From: an uncultured Chlorobiota bacterium
Lineage (GTDB): Bacteria > Bacteroidota > Bacteroidia > Bacteroidales > JAADGE01
Assembly: GCA_947311265.1 (NCBI GenBank)
Contig: CAMZKQ010000227.1
Coordinates: 1-37,231 of the forward strand
Length of the DNA: 37,231 bases
Direction: 5' to 3'
Shown here: piece by piece, positions 17,744 through 26,761 of the stretch
Layout of the letters: each line of letters begins with the position of its first letter
How positions within the stretch are numbered: position 1 is the stretch's first letter
Notes under the pieces: generated by a model
Seen by the model: only the letters and a program-made list of their open reading frames with translations
What the model was told of the DNA's origin: nothing
The model's database searches: none
Program-made: the position numbers and the translations under genes

Positions 17744-20233
17744 GTGATTTACCCCGAAAACTTTGAAACCAAAATTGGTTTTACAACCATAAGAGAATAC
17801 ATAAAAGAAGAGTGCGTAAGCGTTTTAGGAAAAAAGAAAGCCGAAAGTATGCAATTTTCCGATGCTTTTGATTTTGTAAAACAAGAACAACTTAAAACTA
17901 CTGAATTTAAGCATATTATACTTTTCACTTCAAGTTTTCCTATAAGTTACTACTTTGATGTTAGAAAGTATATAAAAAAAGTAAACTTTGAAGGGGCATT
18001 CCTTTCCGAAATGGAGTTTTTTGAACTAAAACGCTCACTAGACACAATAAAATCAGTACTCCATTTTTTTAAAAATGACGACGAAGATAAATACCCCGTT
18101 TTTCGTAAAATGGCCAATGAAGTCCCCTTCCCATTTTTTGTTCTGGATAGGATTATGCAAGTTTTGGATAAAAGCGGAAAAATCCGCTCCAACGCCACCC
18201 CCGAATTAGCATCAATCCGTAGGAATATCCAAACAAAATCTAGCGGAATATCCAAAACAATCCATGCCGTTATGGCAAAAGCCCAAAGCGAGGGCTGGCT
18301 TGATGCGGAGGCCAACCCAGTAATTAGAGATGGCAAAATGCTAATCCCAATTGCAGCAGCATACAAGCGAAAAATCAATGGGTTTATCTATGATGAGTCG
18401 GATACGGGACGAACCATTTTTATAGAACCCGTTGAAATAGTGGAAGTTAACAACGAGCTAAAAGAACTCGAATTTGCCGAGCGTAGAGAAATCCTGAAAA
18501 TATTAACTCGGCTGACTGATGCTATTCGCCCTTATTTTCCGGAGCTTGAGCATGCCTATAATTTCCTTGCGGAGGTCGATTTTACCAGAGCAAAAGCAAA
18601 ATTTGCACTTAAAATTGATGGTATTATGCCGAAAATGACAGCAGGTATAAAAATGGATTTCCGAATGGCACGCCACCCGCTTTTGCATATTGCCTTTGCC
18701 AAGCAAGGCAGGAAAGTAGTGCCTTCCGACATCAAAATAAATGAAGATACACGCATTATTTTGGTTTCGGGGCCTAATGCTGGGGGGAAATCAGTTACCC
18801 TAAAAACCGCAGGTTTATTACAGTACATGCTACAGTGTGGCATTCCTATCCCAGTAAATCAAAGCTCGGAAAGTGGTATCTTTAAAAACATTTTTATTGA
18901 TATTGGCGACGAGCAATCTATTGAAAATGATTTGAGTACTTACAGTTCGCACCTTAAAAACATGGCATATTTTTCCAAATTTGCAGATAAAGATAGCCTA
19001 ATTTTAATCGACGAATTTGGGACAGGCACAGAGCCTGTTTTGGGGGGAGCAATTGCCGAGGCAGTGCTTGAGGCGTTAAACTCTAAAAATGTAAAAGGCA
19101 TAATTACCACCCATTACTCCAACCTTAAAAAATTTGCTGCCGAAAATGAAGGCATTACAAATGCGGCAATGTTATACGACTCGGGCAGTATGAAGCCACG
19201 CTACGAAATGAGCATAGGCAAACCGGGCAGTTCTTTTGCTTTCCAAATTGCACGCAATACGGGCATTCCACATCAGATTCTGCAAAATGCAGAGTCTAAA
19301 ATTGATAAAAAACAACTTAATTTTGAAAAATTACTGCGAGAAACGGCAAAAGAAAAACGGCGGCTACAACGCAAGCAACAAAAGGTAAGAGCATTAGAAA
19401 AGAAATTAGAAATTTCTACGGAAAAGCACGACCAAGAGCTTGAAAAATTCATCAATAAAAAAAGAGAACTTATGGCACAGGCCAAAACGGCTGCCGATGA
19501 AATTCTCTCTTCTGCCAATCGGAAAATTGAAAGTACTATTTTTCAAATTAAAAAAAATAATGCCGATAAGGAAAAAACAAAACAAATCCGTAAGGATTTA
19601 GAGTACTTTAAACAACAACAAAAAGAAGAAATACTAAAAGAAAAAGAAAAAAATAACGCTAAAATTGAGCAAATAAAAGCTCGGCGACTAAGGAAGGAGA
19701 AGAAAAATAAGGAGTCGCAAGAAAAAATTAAAGTTCAGTCCGAAAAAAAACAAGAGGAGCTACCTATTACTAAAGGTTGCTTGGTGCGGATAAAAGGGCA
19801 GGATACCACGGGCGAAATTATTGAAATAAAAGGAAAAAAGGCCTTTGTGCTTTTTGGGGCAATAAAAATAAATGTCGATTTGTGGAAACTCGAACACACC
19901 AGTACCGTTGATGCCAAAAAGCATAGAGAAAAAAATAATTCCCGAGTAAAAATTAAAACCGTAGTAGCACAGCCTACTTTTAGCGATTTTTTTAAGGAGT
20001 TAGTCGTGCGTGGCAAGCGTGGCGATGAATCTTTGCACATTGTAAATCGGTATATCGACGATGCTATGGTAGCCAGTGCATCGCAACTTAAAATTTTGCA
20101 TGGCACGGGCAGTGGCATTTTACGCACAATGATTAGAGAATTGCTAGCGGCCCACCCTCTTGTAAAATCCTTCCGAGACGAGCGAATTGAAAACGGTGGA
20201 GCAGGGGTAACGCTTGTTGAACTTGATTTTTAG
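17744..20233 (+). CDS. mutS2: Endonuclease MutS2 (MutS domain V ATPase plus C-terminal Smr domain)
   Basis: GTG start, Walker A GPNAGGKS, Walker B LILIDEFGTGTEP, a K/E-rich coiled coil, and the Smr motif LKILHGTGSGILR at the C-terminus. Confidence 0.9.
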   Translation: MIYPENFETKIGFTTIREYIKEECVSVLGKKKAESMQFSDAFDFVKQEQLKTTEFKHIILFTSSFPISYYFDVRKYIKKVNFEGAFLSEMEFFELKRSLDTIKSVLHFFKNDDEDKYPVFRKMANEVPFPFFVLDRIMQVLDKSGKIRSNATPELASIRRNIQTKSSGISKTIHAVMAKAQSEGWLDAEANPVIRDGKMLIPIAAAYKRKINGFIYDESDTGRTIFIEPVEIVEVNNELKELEFAERREILKILTRLTDAIRPYFPELEHAYNFLAEVDFTRAKAKFALKIDGIMPKMTAGIKMDFRMARHPLLHIAFAKQGRKVVPSDIKINEDTRIILVSGPNAGGKSVTLKTAGLLQYMLQCGIPIPVNQSSESGIFKNIFIDIGDEQSIENDLSTYSSHLKNMAYFSKFADKDSLILIDEFGTGTEPVLGGAIAEAVLEALNSKNVKGIITTHYSNLKKFAAENEGITNAAMLYDSGSMKPRYEMSIGKPGSSFAFQIARNTGIPHQILQNAESKIDKKQLNFEKLLRETAKEKRRLQRKQQKVRALEKKLEISTEKHDQELEKFINKKRELMAQAKTAADEILSSANRKIESTIFQIKKNNADKEKTKQIRKDLEYFKQQQKEEILKEKEKNNAKIEQIKARRLRKEKKNKESQEKIKVQSEKKQEELPITKGCLVRIKGQDTTGEIIEIKGKKAFVLFGAIKINVDLWKLEHTSTVDAKKHREKNNSRVKIKTVVAQPTFSDFFKELVVRGKRGDESLHIVNRYIDDAMVASASQLKILHGTGSGILRTMIRELLAAHPLVKSFRDERIENGGAGVTLVELDF

Positions 20234-21330
20234 GGTTTTACTTCAACAATAAATTGCCCATAAAAAAAGCCTAAATCTTTTTTAGAGAGTGCTTTTGAAA
20301 GCACTTGCTGAAATTTAAAATCGCAAGAGGCAATTTCGGACAGCTTTCTTGGTACCATTAAATTCCAATAGGCAAAGCGGGAATTTGGCATTGCATTTTC
20401 CTCGAAATTTTTGGCGACCTCTTTAAAGGTTTCAGCTGTCATATATTCAAAAATATCCGAAAGGTTAAAGCGGTTAAACTTTCCGTGCTTAGCAAAAGCA
20501 TCTTCGGCAAAGCCTTCAAAGACTTCTAGTTTATCTATATTTTTTTTGATTTTTTCATACACGCCCTCTCGGACATAATGTGGCAATTCTGCCCCAAAAT
20601 TACCCTTTAATATATAGTGTAAAAAATAGTTCTTTTGGCAAGCGGTACTTTTAAGGTGTTGTTTTGCTTTTTTAAAAATAAACTTCCCTACGGATACCTC
20701 CACCTCATCAAGAAATGCTTTGGAACGCCCCAGCCTCCCCATGATAAATTTTCCGAAGAAAATTTTAAAAAGCCCCTGCCAGCGTTTACTGTTCCATACT
20801 TCCTTATAGAATTTTTTTTGCTCTTTTTTAGATTTTTCCTGAAAAAGCATATCAATGCGGATAGTGCTATGGATTAGTGGTAATACTTTTTTGCTGAAAA
20901 TATGAAAATATTTTTCAAACTTGCCTGAATGCACTAAGCCTTCTAAAACTTCCTTTTCTCGCTTTTCCCAATATTTTGAGATGTCTTTTTTTCCAGACTT
21001 TTCAAGTTCTAATTTAATTTGTGCAAATAAAAAGGCTCTTTTTTTGCTTTTAGAAAAACCGTAAAATTCTAAATAGTCCGTCCTGTTTAAAATAGAAATT
21101 GCCGCTTTTTTTAGCTCAATTAATTTGAGTTGGATAGGGTTGATATCTACTGCAACCACAATTGCTGGGTTTTGAGCCAAAAACGAAAAACTATTATCCC
21201 CAGCAGAGCCGATAGATAAGACACGAGATTGCTCGTTCGTTTGTAATCCATCTAGCAGTATATCAGCATCTTCCCAGCAATTGGCATAGCGTATATAATC
21301 GTGGCTTACTTCTTTTAATTGTGTTTTCAT
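20230..21330 (-). CDS. DUF3419/BtaA-like SAM-dependent protein
   Basis: The N-terminus IRYANCWEDADILLDGL...VLSIGSAGDNSFSFL...VVAVDINPIQ is characteristic of the DUF3419 family (BtaA-like). It overlaps the convergent mutS2 stop by 4 nt. Confidence 0.75.
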   Translation of the reverse strand: MKTQLKEVSHDYIRYANCWEDADILLDGLQTNEQSRVLSIGSAGDNSFSFLAQNPAIVVAVDINPIQLKLIELKKAAISILNRTDYLEFYGFSKSKKRAFLFAQIKLELEKSGKKDISKYWEKREKEVLEGLVHSGKFEKYFHIFSKKVLPLIHSTIRIDMLFQEKSKKEQKKFYKEVWNSKRWQGLFKIFFGKFIMGRLGRSKAFLDEVEVSVGKFIFKKAKQHLKSTACQKNYFLHYILKGNFGAELPHYVREGVYEKIKKNIDKLEVFEGFAEDAFAKHGKFNRFNLSDIFEYMTAETFKEVAKNFEENAMPNSRFAYWNLMVPRKLSEIASCDFKFQQVLSKALSKKDLGFFYGQFIVEVKP

Positions 21331-21471
21331 AGCACTTTTTTTACAAACTTAACAAAATATTAATGATTTTAATACCCTGTTCTTATTTTCGTAAAAAAAC
21401 AGGAAATATCTATAATTTATAAACACCTTAAATAAGGCTTGTTTTTCTTGTTTAGAATCAATCTAAATTCG

Positions 21472-21479
21472 TATCTTTG
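21472..21479 (+). promoter_or_regulatory. -7 box candidate TATCTTTG
   Basis: Matches TAnnTTTG, 31 nt upstream of the ATG at 21510. CTTG lies 21 nt further upstream (21447-21450). Confidence 0.4.
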
Positions 21480-21509
21480 TATTTTAAAAAAAATTTATAA
21501 ATTTTAGAT

Positions 21510-22640
21510 ATGAAACTTAGTATAGATCAAGTACTTAGAGAGCTAAAGCAAATTATTGACCCCGAAAGTGGGAAAGACCTTGTTAGCATTAGTGCAGTAA
21601 GCTCCCTCCAAGTAGAAGACGGAAAAGTTAGCTTCGTTTTAGCTTTGCCCTCGGCAAACCCCTTTATAAAATCAATAGAAAAAGCTTGTAAAAAGAGCCT
21701 ATCGAATTTAGACAAAAACTTAGAAATCAGCATTTTATCTTCCCCACGTATCCAAACAGGAAAAGTAACTGCTGGGCGAAAAGATGATGGAAAAATGCTT
21801 CCGGGTGTTAAAAATATCATAGCAATAGCATCAGGAAAAGGTGGCGTAGGGAAATCAACAATATCAGCCAACCTCGCTGTTGCATTAGCAAAAGGAGGAG
21901 CAAAAGTAGGGCTGCTTGATGCAGACGTATATGGCCCCTCGCAACCCAAAATGTTTGGGGTAGAAAATGCAAAACCAGATGTTAAAAAAGTAAATGGGAA
22001 AGACATTATCCAGCCCATTGAAAAATATGGAGTAAAACTCCTTTCTATCGGTTTTTTTGTAAAACCAGAAGACGCACTTATTTGGCGTGGAGCTATGGCC
22101 ACTAGTGCTATTACTCAATTCATTAGAGATACCGACTGGGGCGAACTGGATTATTTAATTTTAGATTTACCCCCCGGAACTGGCGATATTCATCTTACAA
22201 TGGTACAAACCATACCAATTACAGGAGCAGTTATCGTAAGTACGCCACAAGAAATGGCACTTGCCGATGCACTTCGGGGTATATCTATGTTTAGAGCTGA
22301 AAAAATTGAAGTGCCAATTATTGGGTTCATCGAAAATATGTCTTGGTTTACACCAGAAGAATTACCCGATAATAAATATTATATTTTCGGAAAAGATGGC
22401 TTAAAAGATTTAGCAGAACGCTTAGAAATCCCACTACTAGGACAAATCCCTATTGTACAAGGTATCCGAGAAGCTGGCGATGATGGGCAGCCAATTGTGA
22501 TGAAAGAAGGCAGTATAGCAGGAAAAGCCTTTGCTGAGTTAGCCAAAAATGTTTTTGAAAAAACCGAAGAACGTAATGCAATGCTATCGCCTACAAAAAT
22601 TGTAGAAATAGACCCTGATGCGGGCTGTGGTGCTAAATAA
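21510..22640 (+). CDS. apbC: Mrp/NBP35 (ApbC) family Fe-S cluster carrier ATPase with an N-terminal DUF59 domain
   Basis: Deviant Walker A IASGKGGVGKSTISANLA, the motif LDADVYGPS, and LILDLPPGTGD. Confidence 0.9.
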   Translation: MKLSIDQVLRELKQIIDPESGKDLVSISAVSSLQVEDGKVSFVLALPSANPFIKSIEKACKKSLSNLDKNLEISILSSPRIQTGKVTAGRKDDGKMLPGVKNIIAIASGKGGVGKSTISANLAVALAKGGAKVGLLDADVYGPSQPKMFGVENAKPDVKKVNGKDIIQPIEKYGVKLLSIGFFVKPEDALIWRGAMATSAITQFIRDTDWGELDYLILDLPPGTGDIHLTMVQTIPITGAVIVSTPQEMALADALRGISMFRAEKIEVPIIGFIENMSWFTPEELPDNKYYIFGKDGLKDLAERLEIPLLGQIPIVQGIREAGDDGQPIVMKEGSIAGKAFAELAKNVFEKTEERNAMLSPTKIVEIDPDAGCGAK

Positions 22641-22665
22641 AATAAATAAGTCTAAAAAAGAAAGA

Positions 22666-22947
22666 ATGGAAGAAATAACCCCACTCTCCGAAAGAAGCAG
22701 AAATGCTTATATCAAAAAAATTGAAGCTGTACTAGAAACAGTTAAGCCTTATTTACAGGCCGATGGTGGCGACATTTCTTTTATTGATGTTACCGATGAC
22801 CTTGAAGTAAAAGTTATACTACACGGTGCATGTGGCTCTTGTTCAATGAGTACACAAACTCTAAAATTAGGTGTTGAGCAAGCCCTTAAAAATGCAATGC
22901 CCGAAATAAAAGGAGTTGTTGCTATAGATTTTGGTACGGAATATTAG
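22666..22947 (+). CDS. NifU-like (Nfu C-terminal domain) Fe-S assembly protein
   Basis: The motif ADGGDISFIDVTDDLEVKVILHGACGSCSMSTQTLKLGVEQAL contains the CxxC. I prefer the ATG at 22666 over the track start at 22618, which overlaps apbC. Confidence 0.85.
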   Translation: MEEITPLSERSRNAYIKKIEAVLETVKPYLQADGGDISFIDVTDDLEVKVILHGACGSCSMSTQTLKLGVEQALKNAMPEIKGVVAIDFGTEY

Positions 22948-22980
22948 CCCAATAAGCCACTCTACTTAATACACAATCCT

Positions 22981-23031
22981 AAAAAAAACTGGTACTATGG
23001 GAATAAAGCTCCTAAAATACCAGTTTTTTTT
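22981..23031. terminator. Perfect 14-bp inverted repeat (A8-CTGGTA ... TACCAG-T8), a possible bidirectional terminator
   Basis: aaaaaaaactggta (22981-22994) and taccagtttttttt (23018-23031) are exact reverse complements separated by a 23-nt loop, just after the NifU-like stop. The GC-containing core is only 6 bp, so the stem is weak. Confidence 0.35.
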
Positions 23032-23043
23032 AGGCACCTATGC

Positions 23044-23167
23044 GGCCGGTCTAAAAAGTCGCCCTGCGGGTAGTTTTCCTGAAAAACTCAAATTTAGAAC
23101 CTGAAAATCAATCAGTTATACCATTTGCAGAGCGACAAATTTTCTTTTTTTAGTTTTTAGACTGGCC
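23044..23167. repeat. 124-bp palindromic intergenic element with 14-bp terminal inverted repeats GGCCGGTCTAAAAA / TTTTTAGACTGGCC (MITE-like or structured RNA)
   Basis: The termini pair 13/14. An inner complementary pair is GTCGC (23058-23062) and GCGAC (23132-23136). The termini carry the same CCGGTCTAAAAA motif found at 2385 and 2775. Confidence 0.55.
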
Positions 23168-23281
23168 CCATCTAATTATTTTCTCAAAAATTATTCTTTT
23201 TTTGATTAGAAAATATATACCAAAAAATTATTTCCTTAAAATTTATACTTATCTTGCCAAACGGAAAACAAAACAGAAATT

Positions 23282-23761
23282 ATGAACCACACAGAAAAAG
23301 ATAAAAATTTTATGAGAGAGGCCATTCGCCTTTCCAGAGAAAGCGTAAAAAATGGCGGAGGCCTTTTCGGGGCAGTCATTGTAAAAAACGGGAAAATCAT
23401 AGCCGGATCTGCCAATAGCGTTACCCAAGACAACGACCCAACGGCACATGCCGAAGTAAACACAATAAGAAAAGCCTGCAAAAAACTAGACACTTTTGAC
23501 CTATCGGGTTGCACCATTTATACCTCTTGCGAACCTTGCCCCATGTGCTTAGGTGCAGTATATTGGGCAAGACTCGATAAAATGTTCTATGGAAATAATA
23601 AAACAGATGCCAAAAATATTGATTTTGACGACTCATTTATTTATGAAGAAATAGAATTGCCTATCGAAAAAAGAAGCATACCCACAATACAAATTTGTGC
23701 AGACGAAGCTATACTTGCTTTTCAGGATTGGAAAAACAGTACTAAAAAAATAGAATACTAA
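23282..23761 (+). CDS. CDA-fold nucleoside/guanine deaminase (zinc-dependent)
   Basis: The H(A)E and PCxxC zinc motifs are present: PTAHAEVNTI and SCEPCPMCLGAVYWA. Length 159 aa. Confidence 0.85.
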   Translation: MNHTEKDKNFMREAIRLSRESVKNGGGLFGAVIVKNGKIIAGSANSVTQDNDPTAHAEVNTIRKACKKLDTFDLSGCTIYTSCEPCPMCLGAVYWARLDKMFYGNNKTDAKNIDFDDSFIYEEIELPIEKRSIPTIQICADEAILAFQDWKNSTKKIEY

Positions 23762-23818
23762 AATAAAAAAAATCGTAACACCTTAAATATATAGATATAG
23801 GCAACTCAAAAAAACAAA

Positions 23819-24934
23819 ATGGACGAGCAAATATTCATATTAGACAAGAATAAATCACTAATAGAGCTAAATGAGAAGGAATTTATAAGTGAAAAACAAT
23901 TTCAAGAATTATTAGAAAAATATCCAAAGTTAATACCTGGTAGTCAAATAAATCCTAGAAACCCCAGAAAATGGATTTTAATATCACGAGAATTTGGTGT
24001 CCCTGATGAAGAATACGGTAATAATAAATGGTCATTAGACCACTTATTTATAGACCAAGACGGAATACCAACACTTATTGAAGTAAAAAGAAGCACAGAT
24101 ACAAGAATAAGAAGAGAAGTTGTTGGGCAAATGCTTGATTATGCGGCAAATGCAGTCTCTTATTGGTCAATTAATGAAATTAGAACAAAATATGAAAAGT
24201 ATTGCGATAATAACAATTTAGACCCCGAAATACAAATTCAAGAATTAACAGAAAACAACAATATTGAAAAATTTTGGGAGCTTGTTGATACCAACCTCAA
24301 AGCGGGAAAAATAAGAATGCTTTTTGTTGCCGACAAAATACCAAAAGAATTGCAAAGAATTATTGAGTTCTTAAATGAACAAATGGCACCGGCAGAAGTT
24401 TTGGGAGTTGCATTAAAACAATTTGGAAACGAAACAATTAAAATCCTCGTTCCGCAAGTTGTCGGGCTAACTTCTTCTGCACAAATAAAAAAGGGAGTTA
24501 AAGAATATAACAAATGGACAGAAGAAACTTTTTACAATGAATTAGCTCTAAAAAATGGTAAAATTGAAGTTGCTGTTATAAAAAAAATAATTACACATTT
24601 TGAAAACAAAATTACAAGATTTTGGTTTGGAGAAGGCAAAATACATGGTTCTATAATTCCTGTGCTTGACTTACCAAAAAAATCTTATTATCTTTTTGCG
24701 ATGTGGACTTATGGTAAAATTGAAATATATTTTCAATGGAACAAAAATAAAAAGCCTTTTGATAAAATAGAAAAACGCAAAGAATTATTACAAAAATTAA
24801 ACACAATAGAAAATCTAAATATTCCTGAAAATAAGATAGATAAAAGACCTTCGTTTCCGGTAAAACTATTAGAAAAACAATCCGAGTTTGATAAATTTGT
24901 TCAAGTTTTTGATTGGTTTTTAAATGAAATTTAA
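23819..24934 (+). CDS. PD-(D/E)xK nuclease-fold protein (NucS/DUF91-like core) with an uncharacterised C-terminal domain
   Basis: The segment SLDHLFIDQDGIPTLIEVKRSTDTRIRREVVGQMLDYAANA gives D...(I)E-V-K followed by a Q..DY helix, the classic restriction-endonuclease-like core. The N-terminus has the ...EKQFQELLEKYPKLI pattern seen in such nucleases. The gene is very AT-rich. Confidence 0.6.
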   Translation: MDEQIFILDKNKSLIELNEKEFISEKQFQELLEKYPKLIPGSQINPRNPRKWILISREFGVPDEEYGNNKWSLDHLFIDQDGIPTLIEVKRSTDTRIRREVVGQMLDYAANAVSYWSINEIRTKYEKYCDNNNLDPEIQIQELTENNNIEKFWELVDTNLKAGKIRMLFVADKIPKELQRIIEFLNEQMAPAEVLGVALKQFGNETIKILVPQVVGLTSSAQIKKGVKEYNKWTEETFYNELALKNGKIEVAVIKKIITHFENKITRFWFGEGKIHGSIIPVLDLPKKSYYLFAMWTYGKIEIYFQWNKNKKPFDKIEKRKELLQKLNTIENLNIPENKIDKRPSFPVKLLEKQSEFDKFVQVFDWFLNEI

Positions 24935-24980
24935 AAATAAATTAACTTTGTCAAGTTTTATTTTATTAAAATAAATAATT

Positions 24981-26015
24981 ATGCAAGGACACATAAAAAC
25001 ATTAAGAATACAAAATTTCAAATCAATAAAAAACATACAGATAGATAATTTTAGTCGTATAAACTTATTTATAGGAAAACCTAACGTTGGAAAATCAAAT
25101 TTATTAGAAGCTCTGAGCCTTTTTAGTATTCCATATTACAAACAAAATACAAACAAAAAAATTTCTAATTTTCTTAGGTTAGAAAATGAAGCAGAACTTT
25201 TTTTTGACGGCAATATTGAAAATGAGATTTCAATAAAAACAAATATTGCAAATTGCATAATAAAACATTCTAAAATTTTAGGATTGGATTTAGGAAAAAA
25301 CAGCATTGGTTGGGCAGATTTAAGAAAACTGTTAATTGAAATTCAACATCCCGAAAGTAAAGAAAAAATACAGTTTACACTCGATGATAAATTGAATTTA
25401 AAATCTGATTTAAAAATAAATGCAGAATTTCCTGTTAAAAGATATTTATTTGTCCCTAATGCAAAGAGTAAAAAATCAAACATTCCTTTTCTAATTCCGC
25501 CAACGGGAACTAATTTAATGACTATCATAGAGCAAAATAAAGAGCTCAAAAATGAATTAATAAATATTTTTTCAGAATACGGTTTAAATATTGTTTTTGA
25601 TAAAGCAAGTCAAACATTAAAAATTTTGAAAAAAAACAGAGAAAATGATTTGTTTTTAATACCATACAATTCAATAGCAGATACACTACAACGCATAATA
25701 TTTTACAAAAGTGCAATAGTATCAAATAAAAATTCTGTTCTTTTATTTGAAGAACCCGAAGCTCATTCATTTCCGCCATACATTGTTCACATAACGCAGG
25801 AAATAATACATTCTAAAAGTAATCAGTTCTTTATATCAACTCATAGTCCGTATATAGTTAATGACTTTTTAGAAAATTGCAGAGAAGATTTGTCTATATT
25901 TTCAACAGATTTTAAAAACGGAGAAACCGTTATAAGACAATTAACAAAAGACGAAATATACGAAATATATCAATATGGCGTAGATATATTTGCAAACAAT
26001 GAAAGCTATTTGTAA
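24981..26015 (+). CDS. Compact ABC/OLD-type ATPase (AAA_15/AAA_21-like, 344 aa)
   Basis: The N-terminal beta strand IKTLRIQNFKSIK is followed by Walker A GKPNVGKSNLLEAL, Walker B/D-loop VLLFEEPEAHSFPP and H-loop ISTHSPYIV. Confidence 0.8.
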   Translation: MQGHIKTLRIQNFKSIKNIQIDNFSRINLFIGKPNVGKSNLLEALSLFSIPYYKQNTNKKISNFLRLENEAELFFDGNIENEISIKTNIANCIIKHSKILGLDLGKNSIGWADLRKLLIEIQHPESKEKIQFTLDDKLNLKSDLKINAEFPVKRYLFVPNAKSKKSNIPFLIPPTGTNLMTIIEQNKELKNELINIFSEYGLNIVFDKASQTLKILKKNRENDLFLIPYNSIADTLQRIIFYKSAIVSNKNSVLLFEEPEAHSFPPYIVHITQEIIHSKSNQFFISTHSPYIVNDFLENCREDLSIFSTDFKNGETVIRQLTKDEIYEIYQYGVDIFANNESYL

Positions 26016-26017
26016 TT

Positions 26018-26563
26018 ATGATAGATTTATCAATAATTCCCGAATGCTATATTGACACAAATCTTATAGAAACAATAGTTCCGACAACAAGGGGATACAA
26101 TCATCAAAAAGGAGCAGGGACGGTAACAAGACTTATGCAAAGTAAATTAAGTGATAAGTTTGCAGTAGGAATTGTAGATTGAGATAAAAAACAACTAAAA
26201 TATGTTGAAGAATTTGACATCAAAATTGATATTGGCGATTTGTTATTATTCAAGCATAAAAATCAAAAAAAACACCACTATTTAATTTTTATAAATCCTG
26301 CAATGGAAAAGTGGATTATGAAAAATGCAGATGAAGCAGGAATATCTTTACAAGATTACGGATTACCTGACAACTTGAAAGAACTCGCAAAAATAACAAA
26401 AAAGGTAACAAGCAAAAAAGACAATACTTTCAAAAAACTATTCAGAGAACTAAAAATACGTAATCCAAAAAATGTAGAGATACTATCTAATTGGATAAAA
26501 TATTTAAAAGAAAATCCATACAATGTGGATATTAACGAAATGCAAAAAATGACAGAAATATAA
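26018..26563 (+). pseudogene. Small Toprim-like (E ... DxD) protein, translationally coupled to the ATPase and interrupted by an in-frame TGA at 26180-26182
   Basis: The ATG at 26018 lies 2 nt after the ATPase stop. The same frame continues into ORF 26240-26563. The translation is MIDLSIIPECYIDTNL...KFAVGIVD*DKKQLKYVEEF..., with a Glu at residue 9 and D-stop-D at residues 54-56. The family assignment is tentative. Confidence 0.5.
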
Positions 26564-26688
26564 TGCCTATATCATTGGCTTGGTGTCAGCCATATCCGTT
26601 AAAATTACAGATATATCGTCAATTAAAAAAAAGACCTTTCAGTCTTAATATTTTTTCCAAAAAATTAGTCTGTAAAAATACAATTGTA

Positions 26689-26696
26689 TATATTTG
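26689..26696 (+). promoter_or_regulatory. -7 box candidate TATATTTG upstream of sufB
   Basis: Matches TAnnTTTG, 66 nt upstream of the ATG at 26762. Confidence 0.35.
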
Positions 26697-26761
26697 CACT
26701 TTATTTAGAATAAATCTAAATAGTACGGCTTTAAGCCATTTTATAAATAAAAGACAAAACA

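Noticed and set aside
22618-22665. Upstream ATG at 22618 as the start of the NifU-like gene
   Set aside because: It would overlap the end of apbC by 23 nt and add a non-conserved basic leader. The ATG at 22666 (MEEITPLSE...) gives the usual ~90-aa Nfu-type protein.
1533-26182. Stop-codon reassignment as the explanation for the in-frame TAG, TAA and TGA
   Set aside because: All three stop codons are involved, and each falls at a position expected to hold a different amino acid (Trp-like, Lys/Arg, unknown). TAA also clearly terminates many well-delimited genes here, such as the S8 protease, the XRE gene, the OB-fold lipoprotein and the Toprim-like gene, at the expected protein ends. No consistent recoding pattern emerges.
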